Shown in pieces: positions 57,883-64,000 of a DNA stretch of 64,000 nucleotides. Position 1 is the first letter of the stretch, and each line of letters opens with the position of its first letter. The DNA lies in assembly GCA_963770565.1 (NCBI GenBank), contig CAVYQE010000001.1:1120001-1184000 (forward strand), given 5' to 3'. A program made the translations under genes and the position numbers. The DNA comes from an uncultured Actinomycetota bacterium (lineage in GTDB: Bacteria; Actinomycetota; Actinomycetes; JAFAQI01). A model generated the notes under the pieces. It worked only from the letters and a program-made list of their open reading frames with translations. It searched no databases and was not told where the DNA came from.

Positions 57883-60309
57883 ATGACACCTTCTGGCCGT
57901 AGCAATGGTCGGTCCGACTCGGGCCTGCGCATCCTTCGGGGCGCGACGGTCGCGGTGCTCGCCGGCTCCCTGCTGGTGTCGGTCGGGCCATCGCTGGCGT
58001 CCGGCGCACCGACCCAGCGAGCCGTGCCGCGGGCTGCGTCCACTGACCCGTGTCCGGTCGGGACGCAGGTCGCACCAGGCGTGTGCTCGATGGTGTTCGG
58101 CTTCACCGGCGGGATGCAGACGTTCACCGTGCCGACCGGAATCAAGAAGATCTCGGTCGAGGCGAGTGGTGCTTTCGGCGGTGGGCTCTGTCTCAATCCG
58201 GGCACCGTCGGCGGTGGCGGCCTGCCCGGCGGGGTCAACGGTGACCTGCCGGTGGCACCGGGTGACGACCTGTCGATCCTGGTGGGCCAAGGTGGGTCGA
58301 CCGCGACGCCGGAGACCGACTACACCTGCCCGACGAACCCGGTGTACGGCGATGGCGCCGGGGGATTCGGCGGCGGTGGCAACGGCGGGGGGTCAGGGGG
58401 CTTTGGCGGCAGTGGTGGTGGCGGTGAGTCGGCGGTCTTCGCGGCAGATGGCTCGCTGCAACTGGTTGCCGGGGGCGGCGGCGGCGACGCGCTCTTCGGC
58501 GGCGGCGGCAGCGGGACGTATGGCGGCTCAGGAGGCGGCGCTGACAACAATGGAAGTGCCAACGGTGACTCCGCGGCGGGTCAGTCCGGCGGTGGTGGCG
58601 CCACCGGCTCCGCGCCGGGCGCGGCCGGCGCCGAGGGTGACAACCCGCAGCCGGACGTCGGCTCTGCGGTGGACGCTTCCGGGGTGTCCGGCAGCGGCCC
58701 GGCGTCGCTCGCGGCGGCCGGTCAAGGTGGCGCCGCCGGAGCGAACTGCGGCTATAGCGACCCGAACACCAGCTACGCGACCGCCGGCGGAGGCGGCGGC
58801 GGTGGCTACTACGGCGGCGGGGGCGGCGGTTGCGGCGGAACTCCGGGTGGCGGAGGTGGCGGCGGCTCGAGCTACGCAGCGCCCGACGTCCTGAATCCAA
58901 CCTTCCGGGACCTGGCGAATGTCATCGTCGGCGTCGTCGGGTCGAACTCGTTCTCGACCGCAAACGGGCGGGTGATCATCACTTATGACCTGTGCGGGCC
59001 GCTCTCCGACGGCGCCGCCGCGGCGGCTGTTCGTGCGAGCCGCGCGGTCGCGGAGCGCGCGACCTTCACGTCGGGTCGCCCGAGCGGCATGACTGCAGCG
59101 GCCGCCGGCCGCGCGCTTCCGGCCACGCGAGTGCTGTCGCCGGTCCCGGCGAAGGCGCAGATGCCGGAGATCCGGGCGGACCTGGTGAATCCGTTCCACT
59201 GTCCGTTGACGGTCACCGTGACGCCGGACCGGTACAGCGGGGTCAAGACCGGGCTGCACTACGAGCGCGCAACGAACACGGCGGGCTTCTTCGCACCCGG
59301 TACCGAAGCCTCCGCCGAAGGCGGCACTCCGTTCACGCACAAGTGCGAGACCGGATGCGTCAACGTCACCGTGCGGGTGACGAACCCGAACGACGAGGAC
59401 AAGGCGGTCAAGAACGCGACGGTGACCTTCCAGTTCGATCGACTGCCGCGGAGCACGACGTACCCCTACCCGAGGGGATCCGGGTTCGACGGGCAGGTCT
59501 GTGCCCTGAGCGTGACCGACCCGACCGGCGTGTCCCGCGACCAGAAGAGCTGCGGCGCGACTGTCAGCGAGGACACCGACGATCGCGGCTACGCGTTCTT
59601 CCGGTACTGGTCGCCAGGCGTGATCGACCCCGCAACGGTCAAGCTGAGTGCGGATGCCACCGCGCCGGGTGCGGATTGCGGGTGCTGGAGCTCCGGTGCC
59701 GGCAGTGGCCACGAGCTGGTCGGGTTGATCCAGAACATCGTGTTCGAGCGCACCGCGCCACTGCCCCGCAAGAGCGCGGCAGCGCTCGCCAGCTGGGACG
59801 ACGCTAAGCGCTGGGTCACGCTCCCGAACTGGCTGACCATCCCGCTCGACCGGGTGTTCCCCGCGGTCGCGCCCGCGATCGACCTCTCACAGAGCTGGCA
59901 GCGCAAGCGTGACCTGGCGATGATCTCGTGGTTCGTCGACCAGTACAACTTGCCGAAGGCCGGGCTGCTCGAGACGACACCGAAGAACTACATCGGCGCA
60001 CTGACCAACGACGGCTTCGAGGACAACTTCGTGAAGGTGCTCACCAAGTACGCCTCGTACATCAAGAATGTTGCGCAGCTCCACAGCGGGAAGGACGTTC
60101 AGGCGACTCGGTTGATCTTGTCCGAGCAGTCCTACTGCGACGACAGCCACTGCCTGGCCAACACCAACGCCTACCTTCTGTTCAACCTCGAGAGTGCTCC
60201 CGACAAGTCCGACCTCGTCAACCTGCACTCGAACTTCGACGAGTCGCCTCCGACCTCGTTCAGCTACATCGCCACCGACTGGTTGCCGGCCCGGTTCGGC
60301 GGCCACTGA
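57883..60309 (+). CDS. Secreted protein with ALK/LTK-like glycine-rich domain
   Basis: FTGGMQTFTVPTGI...GA.GG, VAGGGGG, GGGGGYYGGGGG, GGGGSSY, NGRVIITY. Confidence 0.8.
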   Translation: MTPSGRSNGRSDSGLRILRGATVAVLAGSLLVSVGPSLASGAPTQRAVPRAASTDPCPVGTQVAPGVCSMVFGFTGGMQTFTVPTGIKKISVEASGAFGGGLCLNPGTVGGGGLPGGVNGDLPVAPGDDLSILVGQGGSTATPETDYTCPTNPVYGDGAGGFGGGGNGGGSGGFGGSGGGGESAVFAADGSLQLVAGGGGGDALFGGGGSGTYGGSGGGADNNGSANGDSAAGQSGGGGATGSAPGAAGAEGDNPQPDVGSAVDASGVSGSGPASLAAAGQGGAAGANCGYSDPNTSYATAGGGGGGGYYGGGGGGCGGTPGGGGGGGSSYAAPDVLNPTFRDLANVIVGVVGSNSFSTANGRVIITYDLCGPLSDGAAAAAVRASRAVAERATFTSGRPSGMTAAAAGRALPATRVLSPVPAKAQMPEIRADLVNPFHCPLTVTVTPDRYSGVKTGLHYERATNTAGFFAPGTEASAEGGTPFTHKCETGCVNVTVRVTNPNDEDKAVKNATVTFQFDRLPRSTTYPYPRGSGFDGQVCALSVTDPTGVSRDQKSCGATVSEDTDDRGYAFFRYWSPGVIDPATVKLSADATAPGADCGCWSSGAGSGHELVGLIQNIVFERTAPLPRKSAAALASWDDAKRWVTLPNWLTIPLDRVFPAVAPAIDLSQSWQRKRDLAMISWFVDQYNLPKAGLLETTPKNYIGALTNDGFEDNFVKVLTKYASYIKNVAQLHSGKDVQATRLILSEQSYCDDSHCLANTNAYLLFNLESAPDKSDLVNLHSNFDESPPTSFSYIATDWLPARFGGH

Positions 60310-60350
60310 CGACCTCCGTCCGTCAACTGGCCGCCCGCGGGTCGGGCCGG

Positions 60351-60749
60351 TTATCCGTGGCGCTCGGATGCGCTGCGCTGGATCGCGGCCGCGATGTTCG
60401 GGTAGTGCTGTTGGAGCTGGCGGAACCGGGTGCCGAAGAGGGTCCAGACCACCCCGGGAGAGGTCGCAACGACCGTCGCCGTACGGCGACCCTCGTCCTC
60501 GAACAGCGCGACCTCGCCGAAGTAGTCGTCCGGACCCAATGTCCGCACCACCGATCCGTCGACCTGCACCTCGGCGGTGCCCTCGTGGAGCACGAAGAAG
60601 GCGTACCCGCTTGCACCTTCTTGGGTGAGATGTTGGCCGACGCTGACTTCCTCGGACTCGAGCCAGCTGCTGAGGACGTTGAGGTCGTCCTCGCTCAGCT
60701 CAGCGAACAGTGGAGTGTTCGCCAGTTCGGCAACACCGGGTGATGACAT
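60351..60749 (-). CDS. Stand-alone cyclic nucleotide-binding protein
   Basis: PLF, FGEVAL...RRTATV. Confidence 0.9.
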   Translation of the reverse strand: MSSPGVAELANTPLFAELSEDDLNVLSSWLESEEVSVGQHLTQEGASGYAFFVLHEGTAEVQVDGSVVRTLGPDDYFGEVALFEDEGRRTATVVATSPGVVWTLFGTRFRQLQQHYPNIAAAIQRSASERHG

Positions 60750-60936
60750 CGCACCTCCGTCGTCGCGGGGCGGTCTGGATGAGCCCGGCCGCGGTGGCAG
60801 ATTACCGTGACCACCCTCGAAGACCAGTGGCCGCCGGCCGGCCAGAAGCCGTTGCGGGACAACGGCAGTACGCGTTCACTCTGCCGCCATCCTGCGTTCA
60901 CCTGAGACCGCGCACGCCGCCGCTAACGTCCGGTTC

Positions 60937-62589
60937 GTGTCAGCGGGGGGTGGTGCCGGTCGACTCCCGGCGGAGCATGTCGACCGGCTGCGCTTCGGCG
61001 TCGCTCTCGCGCTGGCGGCGATCGCGAACCGGGCATACAGCGTCGCCCTCGTGGTCTACGTCTACAACGCCACCCACTCGACCGCCTGGGTGGCCGCGGC
61101 CGCCGCAGCGCGTTACCTGCCCGGCATCGTCACCGGGGTGGTCGCCTCGCGACTCCTGGATCGCTATCCACCGCGGTCAGTCCTCGTCGGGGCCAATGCG
61201 TGCTGCGGTGTCACGATCGCCGCGATGGCGACCGCCGTACACCTCGACGCCTCGCCGGCAGTCGCGATCGTGCTCGCGGCCGTGGTGCGCGCGGCCGCGA
61301 GCGGCCAGCCGGTTGCGGCCGCGCGGCTGCTACCGGTGGTGGCGGGTGGGCGCGACCTCTCGATCGTGGCGGCTCGACAGGCGACGACCGACAAGCTGAT
61401 GCTCCTCGCCGGACCTGCGGTCGGCGGCGTGCTGTTGCTTGCGGTCAGTCCCGCGACCGAGCTCTTCGGCCTTGCTGCGGTCGTCGGGGTGGCCGCGATC
61501 GTCAGCGTCCGGCTGCCCTCGCCGGCACCGCCCCGGCATCCGTCAGGTACGCATCGGACGCATCCACGGACCGTCCGCGCTCATGCCACCGCCGGGATCG
61601 GGATCTTCATCGGCTTTGCCGGGTTGGCCGGGTTCGTCTACGGCACGGACACCGTCCTGCTGGCAGTTCTGGCGAACCGCCTGCACCTGCATGACGCCGG
61701 GTACGGCGAGCTGTTCGCGGGCCTCGGCGCGGGAGGCATCCTTGCCGCGCCGCTGGTCAACCGGCTGGTGCGAAGGAGCCGCCTGGCCGGGTGGATCGTC
61801 CTGGCCGCGGCGTTGTACTGCGTCCCGTCGGTGCTCGTCGTACACAGCCACAACGCTGCGGTCGTCCTCGTCCTGGAGGCACTTCGCGGCACCGGCGCCC
61901 TCGCTCTCGACGTCGTCGCGCTGACCGAGCTGCAGCGGATCGTGCTCCCACAGGGACTCCCGGTCCTCACCGCGCGACTGACGTCGGTCTCGTTCGGAGC
62001 CGTGGCGTTGGGAGCGCTCACCACTCCGCTGCTGCTGAACGGCCTGGGGACGGTGGGTGCCTTCACGGCGCTGGGCGTCGTTCCGCCGGTGGCCGTGATC
62101 GCCTGCTATCCGGCCCTGCGCCGGGCCGATCGCCGGATGTCCGACCGGCTCGAGGAGCTCGGTCCGCGGATCGCGGTCCTCGAGCCGCTCGGCCTCCTGC
62201 AGGCGTCGTCGCGGCCGGTCCTCGAGCGGCTGGCCGCCGACATGTCCGAGCGCGAGGTGCCGGCCGGCGTGACCGTCATCGCCGAGGGTGATCCATCCGA
62301 CGCGTTCTACGTCGTACGGTCCGGTGATCTCGACGTCCTGCTCGCCGGCCGGTTGATCAACGAGCTCCACCCCGGGGACTGGTTCGGCGAGATCGGGCTG
62401 CTCGAGGGACTCCGTCGTACCGCGACCGTCCGCAGCCGCGGACCGTGCGAGCTGTACCGGATCGGCGGCGGTGCGTTCCTGGAGGCGTTTGCTCAGCTGC
62501 CGCCGTCCCCGACCTTGCTCGACAGCGTGGCCGCCCGGCTCGAGGCGAACCAGCTCTGGGACGACCCGGCGGAAGCTCCGTGGACCTGA
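60937..62589 (+). CDS. MFS transporter fused to cNMP-binding domain
   Basis: Many TM helices then EGD...FYVVRSG...WFGEIGLL...RTATV. Confidence 0.88.
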   Translation: MSAGGGAGRLPAEHVDRLRFGVALALAAIANRAYSVALVVYVYNATHSTAWVAAAAAARYLPGIVTGVVASRLLDRYPPRSVLVGANACCGVTIAAMATAVHLDASPAVAIVLAAVVRAAASGQPVAAARLLPVVAGGRDLSIVAARQATTDKLMLLAGPAVGGVLLLAVSPATELFGLAAVVGVAAIVSVRLPSPAPPRHPSGTHRTHPRTVRAHATAGIGIFIGFAGLAGFVYGTDTVLLAVLANRLHLHDAGYGELFAGLGAGGILAAPLVNRLVRRSRLAGWIVLAAALYCVPSVLVVHSHNAAVVLVLEALRGTGALALDVVALTELQRIVLPQGLPVLTARLTSVSFGAVALGALTTPLLLNGLGTVGAFTALGVVPPVAVIACYPALRRADRRMSDRLEELGPRIAVLEPLGLLQASSRPVLERLAADMSEREVPAGVTVIAEGDPSDAFYVVRSGDLDVLLAGRLINELHPGDWFGEIGLLEGLRRTATVRSRGPCELYRIGGGAFLEAFAQLPPSPTLLDSVAARLEANQLWDDPAEAPWT

Positions 62590-62615
62590 GGACGGCGTGC
62601 ACCACCCGTGGGACG

Positions 62616-64000
62616 ATGACCGGACGCCGAAATCGGGGGTCCACCGTGCAGCCCGACCCGACGGAGGGGGCGCCGGCCGTCGCCGCGCTCGACCCGTTCG
62701 TGTGCCAGTTGGCACGCTCCTGGCAGCGGGACGCGCCCGAGCTCGGCGAACGCGAGCTCGCCGGCACGCTGGTCTTCGCCGACATCTCGGGTTTCACCCG
62801 GCTGACCGAGCGGTTGGCGGCCCGCGGCCGGATCGGTGCCGAGGAGATGTCGGACCATCTCGACCGGGTGCTCAGCGAGCTGCTGAACGCTGCCTACGAG
62901 CGCGGCGGTTGGCTGCTGAAGTGGGGCGGCGACGCCCTGCTGCTGATGTTCGACAGTGACGATCACGTCGAGCATGCCTGCGCCACATCTGTGGCCTTGC
63001 GATCCCTCATTCGTCGCGTGGGGGTCCTCGACACCTCGGTCGGCCGGGTGCGGTTGCGGATGTCGATCGGGGTGCATACCGGGGTCTTCTCGTTCTACTT
63101 CCTGGGCCAGCAGCATCGCGAGCTGATCGTCACCGGGCCCGCGGCCACCACGACGGCGGAGCTCGAGGCGGCAGCCGATCCGGGAGAGATCCTCGTCAGC
63201 CCGCAGGTTGCGCGGCTGCTGCCGCCGGAATGCCGCGGATTGCGCAAGGGCCAGGGCTTCCTGCTGAGCCGAGCGCCCAGCCCGATCGCGGCGGTCGAGC
63301 GCACGTTCCCGCCGGCTCCGGACGTCGGTGCGCTCATCCCCGAGTTCGTGCTCGACCATCTGAGGCGGGGTGGCGGGACCGGCGAGCATCGGCCGGTCAC
63401 GGTCGCTTTTCTCGAGTTCGCCGGGCTGGCGGACCTGCACCGACGGGAGGGGGCCGCGGCGGCCGCGGAAGGGCTCCGTCACTTCGTCGACGTGACCCAG
63501 GAGGCATGTCACCGACACCAGGTGTCCTTCCATGAGACGGACATCTCAAAAGACGGCGGCAAGGTGATGCTCGTCGCCGGAGCGCCCCGCGGCCTCGACG
63601 ATCCGGCGGAGGCAATGTTGTGCGCGTTGCGCCGGGTGTTCGACGATCCGGGCCCACTCACGCTGCGCGCCGGGGTCACGGCCGGCCGGGCATTCACCGG
63701 TGCGGTCGGGCCGGCTCGGCGCCGGTCCTACTCGGTCAAAGGTGACGTCGTGAACCTGGCCGCACGGATCATGGGGAAGGCGCCGGCCGGCGAGATCTGG
63801 GCACTGCCGTTAGTGGTCGAGACCTCGCGCACCCGCTTCGAGCTCCGCGACGTTCAGCCGTTCACGGTCAAGGGCAAGGTTGCGCCGGTTGTCGTCCGGT
63901 CGGTCGGAGACGCCCTCACTCGGGTCGACCTGGCCCCCGAACTGCCACTGATCGGTCGAGCCGCCGAGATGGAGACTCTGCACGCGGCGCTCGACGAGGC
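62616..64000 (+). CDS. Tandem class III nucleotide cyclase (sAC-like), 3' truncated
   Basis: FADISGFTRLTE, LKWGGDA, second domain DGGKVML...GDVVNLAARIM, then PLIGR..E (typical start of an AAA/STAND domain). Confidence 0.88.
   Translation, partial: MTGRRNRGSTVQPDPTEGAPAVAALDPFVCQLARSWQRDAPELGERELAGTLVFADISGFTRLTERLAARGRIGAEEMSDHLDRVLSELLNAAYERGGWLLKWGGDALLLMFDSDDHVEHACATSVALRSLIRRVGVLDTSVGRVRLRMSIGVHTGVFSFYFLGQQHRELIVTGPAATTTAELEAAADPGEILVSPQVARLLPPECRGLRKGQGFLLSRAPSPIAAVERTFPPAPDVGALIPEFVLDHLRRGGGTGEHRPVTVAFLEFAGLADLHRREGAAAAAEGLRHFVDVTQEACHRHQVSFHETDISKDGGKVMLVAGAPRGLDDPAEAMLCALRRVFDDPGPLTLRAGVTAGRAFTGAVGPARRRSYSVKGDVVNLAARIMGKAPAGEIWALPLVVETSRTRFELRDVQPFTVKGKVAPVVVRSVGDALTRVDLAPELPLIGRAAEMETLHAALDE

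Noticed and set aside
54050-58870. GGC-rich repeats as CRISPR or tandem DNA repeats
   Set aside because: They are Gly-codon runs within ORFs, with no constant repeat-spacer structure.

Overview
High-GC, gene-dense actinobacterial chromosomal DNA. No transposase, integrase, CRISPR array or rRNA gene was seen. Main blocks: (1) end of a polyamine-type ABC transporter and small regulatory/redox genes (1-5.3 kb). (2) A form I aerobic CO dehydrogenase locus split into two convergent operons: orf-coxD-coxE-orf-orf on +, and orf-coxM(frameshifted)-coxS-coxL-coxG on -. The - operon continues into five small single-TM/coiled-coil ORFs and a small Cys/His protein (5.3-16.3 kb). (3) Mixed housekeeping, signalling and transport genes (16-36 kb). 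(4) rtcB followed by a compact array of 10 tRNAs plus one D-armless tRNA-like gene, with an rrn-type boxA-like element and anticodon loops that repeatedly lack modification determinants (36-38.4 kb). (5) A SigB/SigF partner-switching stress cluster (38.4-49 kb). (6) helR with an exact rifamycin-associated element. (7) Four large secreted Gly-rich/Ig-like proteins. (8) A cNMP module ending in a truncated tandem nucleotide cyclase. The two best candidates for undescribed systems are the RtcB + atypical tRNA array (repair-and-replace tRNA backup) and the CODH-linked five-protein membrane module. All calls come from reading the sequence by eye; no searches were run.
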